The notes beneath the pieces were generated by a model, which was given only the letters and a program-made list of their open reading frames with translations, searched no databases and had not been told where the DNA came from. 64,000 nucleotides of DNA from Pseudomonadota bacterium (GTDB lineage Bacteria > Desulfobacterota > Syntrophia > Syntrophales > UBA8958): positions 102,086-166,085 of the forward strand of contig JASGUC010000003.1 of NCBI GenBank assembly GCA_030057915.1, read 5' to 3'. How positions within the stretch are numbered: the first letter of the stretch is position 1; every line of letters starts with the position of its first letter. Shown piece after piece: positions 44,904 through 53,792 of the stretch. The position numbers and the translations under genes were made by a program.

Positions 44904-45668
44904 TCATTTGTTGCGGAGATGGATGAGCCGGAGACCCTCCAGGGTAAGCATGTCGTCCACCACGTCGATGGTCTCCGCCTCCGGGACGACGATCTTCGCC
45001 GGTCCGCCGGTGGCGATGACCATGGGATTGCCCCTGACTTCCGCCTGCATGCGCCGGACGATGCCGTCCACCAGCCCGGCGTAACCGTACATGATCCCTG
45101 CCTGCATGCTGCTGACCGTGTCCTTGGCGATGATGGATTTGGGCTTGCTCAACTCCACCCTGGGGAGCTTGGCCGCCCGCTCGAAGAGGGCCGCGCTGGA
45201 GATCATGATCCCCGGGGCGATGCAGCCCCCCATGTATTCCCCCTTTGCCGAGACGTAGTCGAAGGTCGTCGCCGTGCCGAAATCCACGATGATCAGATCC
45301 CGGCGGTATTTCTCGAAGGCCGCGACGGCGTTGACGATCCGGTCCGCCCCCACCTCCTTGGGGTTGTCGTAATGGATGGGCATTCCCGTCCTTACCCCGG
45401 GGCCGACGATGAGGGGCTTGAGCTGGAAGTATTTCCAGCACAAGGGTTCCAGGATGTTGAGCATGGGAGGGACCACACAGGAGATGATGATGTCGGAGAT
45501 CCGCTTGGCGCCGATCCTGCTCGATTTATAGAGGTTATAGATGAGCATCCCGTATTCGTCCACCGTATGGTCCACCACCGTTCGGATCCGCCAGTCGTGG
45601 ATGAGGGTCTCCCCGTCGAAAAGGCCGAGCACCGTATTGGTATTTCCTACATCGACCACCAGCAGCAT
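44904..45668 (-). CDS. coaX: type III pantothenate kinase
   Basis: [17 protein letters not shown] and [11 protein letters not shown] are hallmark CoaX motifs. Confidence 0.9.
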   Translation of the reverse strand: MLLVVDVGNTNTVLGLFDGETLIHDWRIRTVVDHTVDEYGMLIYNLYKSSRIGAKRISDIIISCVVPPMLNILEPLCWKYFQLKPLIVGPGVRTGMPIHYDNPKEVGADRIVNAVAAFEKYRRDLIIVDFGTATTFDYVSAKGEYMGGCIAPGIMISSAALFERAAKLPRVELSKPKSIIAKDTVSSMQAGIMYGYAGLVDGIVRRMQAEVRGNPMVIATGGPAKIVVPEAETIDVVDDMLTLEGLRLIHLRNK

Positions 45669-45672
45669 GATC

Positions 45673-46503
45673 TCACTCCTTCGCCAGTTGGATATCGCCG
45701 GCCAGCACCCGCCGGATAATCCCCGCCGTATCTTTCATGATCAGGGTCCCGTCGGCGTCGATACCCGTGACCACGCCGGTCCGCGCTTCCTCCTTGAAGG
45801 TCGCCCGGATCGGCCGCCCCAGGATGTCGGCGTGGCGCAGCCAGGTCTCCCGCACCCCGGGAAAACCCCGGGAAAGGAAGACCCTATACCATGTTTCCAG
45901 GTGGGAAAAAAGCGCGGATATTACCTCCAGGCGGTCGAAGGGCCTTCCGGCGGCGATCTTCAGGGAGGTGGCCGTCTCCTGAAGGGAAGGCTCGAAGTCC
46001 TCCCGGTTCATGTTGACATTGATGCCGATGCCCAGGATGATGAAATCCACGGCCGCCGCGGCGGACTTCATCTCCGTGAGGATCCCGCAGGCCTTTTTCC
46101 CGGCGATGAGGATGTCGTTCGGCCATTTTATCCGCACGCCGGCGGGAATCCAGCCGGACAGGAGTTCCGCCACGGCCACCCCGGCCACGAGGGTCAGTTG
46201 GGGGGCGGCGGCGGGCGCGATGAGCGGCCTGAGGACCAGGGATACGTAAACATTGGCCCCGGGAGGGGAAATCCAGGACCGGTTCAGGCGTCCCCTCCCC
46301 TGGAGCTGGGCATCCGCCACGACCGCGGCGCCTTCCGGTGCCCCCTCCCCGGCCAGGCGCCAGGCCAGGAGGTTGGTGGAGTCGATTTCCGGGAAATACC
46401 GGACCGGGAAGCCGAGTTTCCTCCCCGCCATGACGGCCCCGAGCCGCTCCTCCGAGAGAGGGGTTGACTCCAGGGCGTCCGCGATCGTTTCCATGCCTGT
46501 CAC
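45673..46503 (-). CDS. birA: biotin--[acetyl-CoA-carboxylase] ligase (no obvious N-terminal HTH)
   Basis: Motifs [21 protein letters not shown] and [19 protein letters not shown]. At 276 aa it is consistent with a group I BirA. Confidence 0.85.
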   Translation of the reverse strand: MTGMETIADALESTPLSEERLGAVMAGRKLGFPVRYFPEIDSTNLLAWRLAGEGAPEGAAVVADAQLQGRGRLNRSWISPPGANVYVSLVLRPLIAPAAAPQLTLVAGVAVAELLSGWIPAGVRIKWPNDILIAGKKACGILTEMKSAAAAVDFIILGIGINVNMNREDFEPSLQETATSLKIAAGRPFDRLEVISALFSHLETWYRVFLSRGFPGVRETWLRHADILGRPIRATFKEEARTGVVTGIDADGTLIMKDTAGIIRRVLAGDIQLAKE

Positions 46504-46510
46504 CCTTCGT

Positions 46511-47064
46511 GAGACCTTTGAAGATCCACCCTTGCCTGTCGCCCCTTCGCCCCGCGGCCATTAGGCCGATTCTTCACTCCCATGGCCGCTCCGACTCCCG
46601 ACCGGCGGGCTCTTCGTTTCCTTGTCGGGGTCAACGAACCACCGTCTTGTCCCGATCGGGTCGCGATGCCTTTGAAAAACGCCGTTTCCGCCCCCCCGTC
46701 CTTTCGGCGGAAGACAAATGCCGTGTTTCCAAGATGTTCTGGAAGCCGGAATATTGTCTCTTCAGGGCGTTTCCGACCCCGTATTTTGCCGGGGCCTCGG
46801 TAAAGGGTGGATTTCCAAAGGCCTCCTCCTCATGGCCCCCCCAGGGAAAGTGGGCCTTCCGCCACTACTTTCTGGATGCCGGGCCAAGCCCGACAGGGCG
46901 GGGGCGGCGTTTTTCAAAGACCTCCCTGTTTGAGACCTTTGAAAAACGCCGTTCCAGTCTCGATGTTGTCATTCCCGCGCAAGCGGGAATCCAGTGTTTT
47001 CAGCTATTTTCTGGATGCCGGGTCAAGCCCGGCATGACGTGCGAGACAGTTTTTCAAAGGTCTC
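46511..47064. repeat. array of about four MITE-like elements (degenerate, B, partial A, intact A)
   Basis: Termini at 46511 (GAGACCTTTGAAG), 46665-46825 (B copy), 46826-46924 (5'-truncated A copy) and 46932-47064 (intact A copy flanked by TGTTT on both sides). Confidence 0.7.
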
Positions 47065-47117
47065 TGTTTCTCCGTCGTTCCCGCCGGGCGTCTCCTTCGT
47101 GCGAGGGAAGGGATGCC

Positions 47118-47960
47118 CTATGGGGCAATCAAGAGAGAGATGTCCGCGGCCTGCACGGAGTTGGTCAAGGCGCCCACGGAGATGAAATCCACACCCGTCT
47201 CGGCGATGCGGCGCACGGTCTTCAAGGTCACGTTCCCCGAGGCCTCCAGGGGCGCCCGGCCGGCGGTCATGGCCACCGCGGTTTTCATGTCCGCGACACT
47301 CATGTTGTCCAGCATTACGGTATCGGCCCCGGCGGCCAGGGCCTCCGTCAGCTCCGCAATGCTCTTCACCTCGACTTCGATCTTCAGGGTATGGGCGATA
47401 TGACGGCGGGCCATGACGATGGCGGGGGCGATGCCGCCGGCGGCGGCGATGTGGTTGTCCTTGATGAGCGCGCCGTCGCAGAGGGCGAAACGGTGGTTGG
47501 TCCCGCCCCCTACCCGCACGGCGTACTTGTCCAGGCGCCGCAGACCCGGCGCCGTTTTGCGGGTGTCCAGGATCTTTGCGCCGGTCCCCGCCACGGCCCG
47601 GACGAAGGCCCGCGTCGTCGTGGCGATGCCGCACATGCGCTGGAAGAGGTTCAGGGCGGTCCGCTCCGCCATGAGGATCGATTTGAGGGACCCGGCGATC
47701 TCCGCCAACTTCGCGCCAGGAGCGACTTCTTCCCCTTCCGCCGCCAGGGCGGTGAAGGAGAGGCGGGGATCGAGCGTGAGAAAGGTCTCCCGGAAGACGT
47801 CCAGGCCGGCGACGACCAGGGCGGCCTTGGCGACGGCCCGGGCGGTCCCTTCCTCATCCCCCGTCAGGATGGCGTTGCACGTTACATCCCCCGGGCCGAT
47901 ATCCTCGGCCAGGGCCACGCCGATCAGTTGTCGGCAGAGGGTGATTTCATACTGATCCAA
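47118..47960 (-). CDS. nadC: nicotinate-nucleotide diphosphorylase (carboxylating)
   Basis: 280 aa with ALAEDIGPGDVT, ILDTRKT.PGLR and KDNHI motifs. Confidence 0.9.
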   Translation of the reverse strand: MDQYEITLCRQLIGVALAEDIGPGDVTCNAILTGDEEGTARAVAKAALVVAGLDVFRETFLTLDPRLSFTALAAEGEEVAPGAKLAEIAGSLKSILMAERTALNLFQRMCGIATTTRAFVRAVAGTGAKILDTRKTAPGLRRLDKYAVRVGGGTNHRFALCDGALIKDNHIAAAGGIAPAIVMARRHIAHTLKIEVEVKSIAELTEALAAGADTVMLDNMSVADMKTAVAMTAGRAPLEASGNVTLKTVRRIAETGVDFISVGALTNSVQAADISLLIAP

Positions 47961-48196
47961 ATCCGCCGACCTCGCAACGGCTGACCGCGCACTCCGTCAT
48001 GAAAGAATGACCGCATTCCATCTGCTAAAGACCCCGTAACGGTCGAATATGGCGCCCCCGGTGCTGTAACTTCAGGAGACCGGTCGGCGCAAGTCCCCGG
48101 GAAACGGTTTCCCCGTGGTTCCTTGCCCTCCCCGCGGGCTTTATAGGCGCCGCTCCCTCCTTGCCGGCGGATGACGGGGGAGGGATTATGCCTCCT

Positions 48197-50857
48197 TCAG
48201 GCCCCCAGCCCCCGGACCTTCTTCAGGGCCTTCTCGAGGAGGAGGCGCTTCTCCCGGAGTTCCCGGTCCCTTGCCTCCTCCTTGGCCACCACGGCGGCGG
48301 CCGCCTTGGCGCGGAAATCGCTGTTGGCGAGCTTCCGCTGCACGAAGGCCAGCTCCTTGTCCAGTTTGGCCAGCTCCTTTTCAAGGCGGGCCTGTTCCGC
48401 GACGACATCGATGGCCCCCGCCAGCAGGACGAAGACCTGCACGCCGCCCACCACGCCCGTTGCCGCTCCCTTGGGCTCGGGCAGGGCGACGCCGGTTTCG
48501 AGATTCTCCAGGCCGGCCAGGCCGGCGATGTAGCGCGCCCCGCCGTCCAGAATGGCCAGGGCGCCTGGGTCGGGGGCCGAGAGAATGGCCCGGAGCTTCG
48601 TGGCGGGGGCGATGCCCATCTCTCCGCGGATGGTCCGGATATTCGTGATGACCCCCATGATCAGCTCCATCTCCGCCTCCGCCCGGGGATCCTCGAGATA
48701 TTCCTCCGGGGTGGGGAAGGCGCTCACCATGATGGAATTCCCGTCATTGACGACGGCCTGCCAGATCTCCTCCGTAAGGAACGGCATGGTGGGATGGAGA
48801 AGCTTGATCACGGTCTTCAGGATGCGGTACAGGGTGTCCTGGGCGGCCAGGCGGGCGGCGGGGTTCTCGCGGCCGTACAGGATCGGCTTGGCCAGTTCCA
48901 GATACCAGTCGCAGTACTCGTGCCAGATGAACCGGTAGATGCTCCCCGTGGCCTCGTTGAACCGATACTCGTCGAATCCCTTGATGACCTCGGCGATGGT
49001 CCGGTGGAGCCGCGACTCGATCCAGCGGTCGGGCAGGGAGCGGGCGGCGCGGTCCACCCGGGGCGCCTCGCCGGGATCTTCCTCCCTGTTCATCATGACG
49101 AACCGCGTGGCGTTCCAGATCTTGTTCACAAAGAACTTGTAGCCCTCGATCCGTTCTTCCGACATCCGGACGTCCCGGCCCTGGGCGGTGAAGGCGGCCA
49201 GGGTGAACCGGAAGGCGTCGGCGCCGAACTTTTCTATCATATCGATGGGATCGATTATGTTGCCCTTGGATTTGCTCATCTTGTCCCCGTGCTCGTCCCG
49301 GACCAGGGCATGGAGATAGACATCCCGGAAGGGCACGTCCTTCATGATGTACAGACCCATCATCATCATCCGGGCCACCCAGAAGAAGAGGATGTCGAAA
49401 CCGGTAATGAGCAGCGAAGTGGGGTAGAAGGTCTGCAACGCTGGGGTCCGCTCCGGCCAGCCCAGGGTGGAGAAAGGCCAGAGGGCGGAGCTGAACCACG
49501 TATCCAGGACGTCTTCCTCCTGGCGGAGTTCCGCGCCCTTGCAGGCCGGACAGTGGGACGGATCCTGGGCCGTCACGATCATGTTGCCGCAGCCGTCGCA
49601 ATACCACACGGGGATCCGGTGTCCCCACCAGATCTGCCGGGATATGCACCAGTCGCGGATGTTGGTCATCCATTCGAAGTAGGTGGCCTCCCACATGGCG
49701 GGGATGATCCGGGTCTTGCCCTTGATGACCGCCGCCGTGGCGGCCTTGGCGAGGGGGGCGACCTTGACGAACCACTGCTTCGACACGGCCGGCTCGATGG
49801 TGGTCTTGCAGCGGTAGCAATGGCCCACGTTGTGGGTGTAGGGTTCGATCTTGCCCAGGTAGCCCCCCTTCTCCAGATCCTTCACCACGTTGGCCCGGCA
49901 TTCGAACCGGTCCTGGCCCTGATAGACGCCGCCGTTTTCGTTGATCACGGCGCTGCCGTCCATGATCTTGATGATCTCCAGGTTGTGGCGGCCCGCCATG
50001 GCGAAGTCGGCGGGATCGCAGGAGGGGGTGATCTTCACCGCCCCGGAGCCGAAATCCATGGTGACGTAATCGTCGCCGATGACGGGGATCTCCCGGTTGA
50101 CCAGCGGCAGGATCACCGTCTTGCCGATCTTGTCCTTATACCGGGGGTCGTTGGGATTGACCGCCACCGCCGTGTCCCCCAGCATGGTTTCCGGACGGGT
50201 GGTGGCGACGACGATCTCGCCGCTGCCGTCGGCGTAGGGATAGCGGATGTCCCAGAGATGGCCCGCCTCTTCCACGAATTCGACCTCCAGATCGGAAATG
50301 GCGGTATGGCACCGGGGACACCAGTTGACGATATAGTCGCCCTGATAGATCAGCCCGTCGTTGTACAGGCGGACGAAGACCTCCCGGACGGCCTGGGAGA
50401 GACCGGCGTCCATGGTGAACCGCTCCCGCTGCCAGTCGCAGGAGCAGCCCAGGCGCTTGAGTTGATTGGTGATGACGCCGCCGTATTTTTCCTTCCACTC
50501 CCAGACCCGGTCAATGAACTTCTCCCGGCCGAGGTCATGGCGGGTCAGGCCCTCCTTGGCCAATTCCTGCTCCACCACGTTCTGGGTGGCGATCCCGGCA
50601 TGGTCCGTTCCGGGCATCCACATGGCGTTGTAACCCTGCATCCGCCGATAACGGATCATGATGTCCTGAAGGGCATTGTTGAGGGCGTGTCCCATGTGCA
50701 GCATGCCCGTAACGTTGGGGGGCGGAATGACGATGGAAAACTGCGGCTTGTCACTGCTGTCGCTGGCGTGGAAAAAGCCGTTGTCCTGCCAGTATCGATA
50801 CCACTTCTCTTCGGCCGCACGCGGCTCGAATGCCTTGCTCAACTGCCCTGTGCCCAT
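48197..50857 (-). CDS. valS: valine--tRNA ligase
   Basis: 886 aa with PPNVTGMLHMGH (HIGH), KMSKS, and a C-terminal coiled coil. Confidence 0.95.
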   Translation of the reverse strand: MGTGQLSKAFEPRAAEEKWYRYWQDNGFFHASDSSDKPQFSIVIPPPNVTGMLHMGHALNNALQDIMIRYRRMQGYNAMWMPGTDHAGIATQNVVEQELAKEGLTRHDLGREKFIDRVWEWKEKYGGVITNQLKRLGCSCDWQRERFTMDAGLSQAVREVFVRLYNDGLIYQGDYIVNWCPRCHTAISDLEVEFVEEAGHLWDIRYPYADGSGEIVVATTRPETMLGDTAVAVNPNDPRYKDKIGKTVILPLVNREIPVIGDDYVTMDFGSGAVKITPSCDPADFAMAGRHNLEIIKIMDGSAVINENGGVYQGQDRFECRANVVKDLEKGGYLGKIEPYTHNVGHCYRCKTTIEPAVSKQWFVKVAPLAKAATAAVIKGKTRIIPAMWEATYFEWMTNIRDWCISRQIWWGHRIPVWYCDGCGNMIVTAQDPSHCPACKGAELRQEEDVLDTWFSSALWPFSTLGWPERTPALQTFYPTSLLITGFDILFFWVARMMMMGLYIMKDVPFRDVYLHALVRDEHGDKMSKSKGNIIDPIDMIEKFGADAFRFTLAAFTAQGRDVRMSEERIEGYKFFVNKIWNATRFVMMNREEDPGEAPRVDRAARSLPDRWIESRLHRTIAEVIKGFDEYRFNEATGSIYRFIWHEYCDWYLELAKPILYGRENPAARLAAQDTLYRILKTVIKLLHPTMPFLTEEIWQAVVNDGNSIMVSAFPTPEEYLEDPRAEAEMELIMGVITNIRTIRGEMGIAPATKLRAILSAPDPGALAILDGGARYIAGLAGLENLETGVALPEPKGAATGVVGGVQVFVLLAGAIDVVAEQARLEKELAKLDKELAFVQRKLANSDFRAKAAAAVVAKEEARDRELREKRLLLEKALKKVRGLGA

Positions 50858-50870
50858 GAAATCTCTCCTT

Positions 50871-52073
50871 TTAGAATATCTTCAGTTCCTCTCTGAACCT
50901 CTTGATGATCAGCAGGGCTTCCACGCCCGAGACCGAGTCCAGGGGGGCGAATTCTCCCGTCGAGATGCTTTTGGGCTGCATGATGCCCCGGGAGGTCGCT
51001 ACCATGACGGCGTTGAAGTAGGGTAGGTCGTTCCGCAGGTCCGGGAAGGTGGAGGCGCTGCCGATAAACTTGGTGGCCAGGCCGTTCTCTCCCGTGATCT
51101 TGATGAGGATGTCCTCGATCATCATGGCGTAGGCGGCCCGGGTGACGTCCTCGTCGGGATGGAAATTGCCGTCGGGGTTGTTCTCCAGCCCCCGGACGCC
51201 TAACTGAAGAATGCCTTCGATGTCCGCCTTCAGGGGATGGACGGCGATATCGCCGGCCGAGGCCGCCTTCCGGCTGGGCCCCTGGGCCCGGGCGGGATCC
51301 TTGAAAGAGGTGTCGAAGTCCTTCGGGGTGCGTTTCTTGTAAAGGACATCGATCTTCATCTCTTCCATGAACAGCGCCGCCGCGTCGGCCCGGCTCAGTT
51401 TTTCCACCAGGGCGATCTTTTTGCCCGTGATCGTCCCGGGCATGGCCCGTTGGATATCCTGGGCGAGCTTCCACTGCCTGTCGGCCTCCGCGGTATATTC
51501 GGCCTTGATCTCCATAACCTTGGCGAACATCTCTCCGGCCTTGGGGAAGTCCAGGGCGGTCTTGTAGCAGAGGCCCATGTAGTAATGGGCGGCCGCGGAT
51601 TTCGGGTCGATGGCCACGGCGCGCTCGAATTCATCCCGGGATTTGTCGAGCCAGGCGACATCCTGGGCGCAGTCCACGCCGATCTTGACGCAGGCGGCCT
51701 TACTCATGGTGTTGACCCGGATGTAGCCGATGTGGACGAAAAGCTTCTCTTCCTTGACGTCGGCGTATGCCCAGGCCTTGTCCAGGGCGGCGAAGGCCCC
51801 GGTGAAATCGTTCTGATGGGCCTTGACGAGGGCCCGGCCGGCGAAGGCCCGGGAAAACTTCGGGGCCAATTGGAGCGCCCGGTCGAACTCTTCCTGGGCT
51901 TGGGGATACCGGCCCTGATCCAGGAGTTTCATGCCCGTGAATACGTGATGCTCGGGGGTGTCCATCTCTCCCGTCGGCTTGGCCGCCTTGGGACCGCAGG
52001 AAGCCGTCAGGAAAATCGCCGCCAGGAGGACGACGAAGACCAACCTTTGTCGGCAGCCGCTCGCTCGCTTCAT
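50871..52073 (-). CDS. TPR lipoprotein with two C-terminal SLH-like domains
   Basis: Lipobox LTASC, TPR units in the N-terminal half, and a C-terminus with SLH-like segments (HPLKADIEGILQLGVRGL..GNFHPDEDVTRAAYA; FPDLRNDLPYFNAVMVATSRGIM). ATG at 52073 with SD AAGGAGAGG. Confidence 0.7.
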   Translation of the reverse strand: MKRASGCRQRLVFVVLLAAIFLTASCGPKAAKPTGEMDTPEHHVFTGMKLLDQGRYPQAQEEFDRALQLAPKFSRAFAGRALVKAHQNDFTGAFAALDKAWAYADVKEEKLFVHIGYIRVNTMSKAACVKIGVDCAQDVAWLDKSRDEFERAVAIDPKSAAAHYYMGLCYKTALDFPKAGEMFAKVMEIKAEYTAEADRQWKLAQDIQRAMPGTITGKKIALVEKLSRADAAALFMEEMKIDVLYKKRTPKDFDTSFKDPARAQGPSRKAASAGDIAVHPLKADIEGILQLGVRGLENNPDGNFHPDEDVTRAAYAMMIEDILIKITGENGLATKFIGSASTFPDLRNDLPYFNAVMVATSRGIMQPKSISTGEFAPLDSVSGVEALLIIKRFREELKIF

Positions 52074-52153
52074 ATCCCCTCTCCTTTCATCTGAAAATGC
52101 GTTCATAAATGATCGATATTGTTCATCATAAAACTTCCTCCACCTTCAAGGGG

Positions 52154-52690
52154 GAGGTTTTGAAAATAATCCTCGTTTTATGGGGTCGCCTCGAGGCCCG
52201 CATCCTTCCCCCGGCGTGGCGGGAAGCGAGGGACGCGGCGCTTCCCTGCCTTTCCCCCCGACCGCGGCTGGTCGTCCAGGGCGTTCGGGAGTGCGATGTC
52301 ACTACCATATAGGGGGAGCACTTTTTTATGTCAAGCAATTTCCCAAGGCCCCGTCGATGAAAACATCCATGAATATAAGACCTTTGAAAATCTCCCTCAG
52401 GATCCGCATATAATGAAAACAATGGCTTACGAATGGCGCCCTTTGGGTGATCGCCTCGAAAACCTCCCTTCGTCAATCCCGCTCGTCATCCCCGGGAAGG
52501 TGTGAGTCCAGCAGCCTCCTGCTGCCATTCCCACAATCTCCGCGCCGTCGCCATTACCGCAATCTCCGCCTACTGTCATTCCCGCAATCCCCTGGCGGGA
52601 ATCCAGGGGATGTCATCGCTCCCCGACAGATACATTCGGGGGTGACGAAAACGGGCGTCATCCGGTAAGGCGGCGTTTTCAAGCAGCCTC
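52154..52690. repeat. composite MITE-like repeat region with an internal ~26-bp triple direct repeat
   Basis: Termini GAGGTTTTGAAAAT (52154) to ATTTCCCAAGGCCCC (52338-52352), then AGACCTTTGAAAA (52378) to TTTTCAAGCAGCCTC (52676-52690). Internal repeats GCCATTCCCACAATCTCCGC, GCCATTACCGCAATCTCCGC and GTCATTCCCGCAATCCCC lie at 52524-52592. Confidence 0.55.
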
Positions 52691-52733
52691 CGGATGCCGC
52701 CTCAGGCCCGGCTTCCGGAAGATAGGTCGTTTT

Positions 52734-53714
52734 TCAGAAGGAAGGGCCTTCCCCGGAGGACGCGCCGGGGGCTCGCGAGGCGAGGAATTCCGCGATGCGG
52801 TCCGCGATGCGGTCCTCCTCGTCTCGGCCGTGCCACTCCATCCCTGACTCCGCACGAAACCAGGTGAGCTGCCTCTTTGCGTAATGCCGGGTGTCCCGGA
52901 TCGTCGCTTCCCGGGCCTCGGCCAGGGAGCGGCGTCCCTCCAGATAGGCGCAGATGTGCTTGTAGCCCAGGGACTGGAGGGGCTTGATCTCCCTGGAGTA
53001 GCCTCGGGCCATAAGCGCCCGGGTTTCATCCACGAGTCCGGCGGCGAGCATGGCATCGGTCCGGCGGGCGATGCGATCGAAAAGTTCCTCCCGCCCGGCA
53101 TGGAGGCAGATCCGGAGCGACTCGTAGGGACTGTCCCCGAAGCGGTGGCCGGCCTGGCCGGCGGTGATGGAACGGCCGGTGCCCTCCAGATATTCCAGGG
53201 CACGGATTACCCGCACCGTATCGTTTACCGCGATAGCGCCCGCCGCCGCCGGGTCGCGGCGGCGCAGGAGGTCGTGGAGGCTCTCCCGGCCTTCCCGGGC
53301 GGCCAGATCCCGGTAATGGTCCCTCAACGCCTCGTTGGCCCCCGGACCCGGCATAAGCCCCCCGAGCAGGACCCGGATGTACAGACCCGTGCCGCCGACG
53401 ACGAAGATGTTCTTTCCCTGCCCGTGCAGCGCGGCGATGACCTGCCGGGCCTCCTCGCGGAATCTGGCGGCGTGGTATTCCTCGTCGGGATCGACGCAGT
53501 CGAGGAGATGGTGCGGGATCAGACGCCTTTCCGCCGCGGTGGGCTTGGCCGTGCCGATGTCCAGGTAGCGATAGACCTGCATCGAATCGGCGCTGATGAT
53601 CTCGGCGGCAAAGGCTTGGGCCAGGGCCAGGGCCAGGGCCGTTTTCCCCACCCCCGTGGGTCCGGCGATGACCACCAGCCGGGGTCGATCCCTCTTTTCT
53701 CCCGAAGCCCTCAT
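52734..53714 (-). CDS. miaA: tRNA dimethylallyltransferase
   Basis: P-loop VIAGPTGVGKT, DSMQVYR..DIGTAKP and YAKRQLTWFR motifs. Confidence 0.9.
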   Translation of the reverse strand: MRASGEKRDRPRLVVIAGPTGVGKTALALALAQAFAAEIISADSMQVYRYLDIGTAKPTAAERRLIPHHLLDCVDPDEEYHAARFREEARQVIAALHGQGKNIFVVGGTGLYIRVLLGGLMPGPGANEALRDHYRDLAAREGRESLHDLLRRRDPAAAGAIAVNDTVRVIRALEYLEGTGRSITAGQAGHRFGDSPYESLRICLHAGREELFDRIARRTDAMLAAGLVDETRALMARGYSREIKPLQSLGYKHICAYLEGRRSLAEAREATIRDTRHYAKRQLTWFRAESGMEWHGRDEEDRIADRIAEFLASRAPGASSGEGPSF

Positions 53715-53792
53715 CGCCCGGCCTGGAAAGCCGTTGCCGAGCCCGGCGGCGCGGTCTCCCGGCGAGGGGTTCGGCGTGGGACCCTCCTCATT

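Noticed and set aside
46464-47984. 506-aa plus-strand ORF spanning the repeat array and nadC antisense
   Set aside because: The first third is a translated MITE array (giving peptides such as VIPAQAGIQ...RVKPGMT), and the rest is antisense to nadC.
48161-50896. 911-aa ORF on the plus strand
   Set aside because: It is exactly antisense to valS, whose product has unmistakable HIGH/KMSKS motifs. The antisense product is Gly/Pro/Asp/His-rich low complexity with no motifs. This is a typical high-GC shadow ORF.
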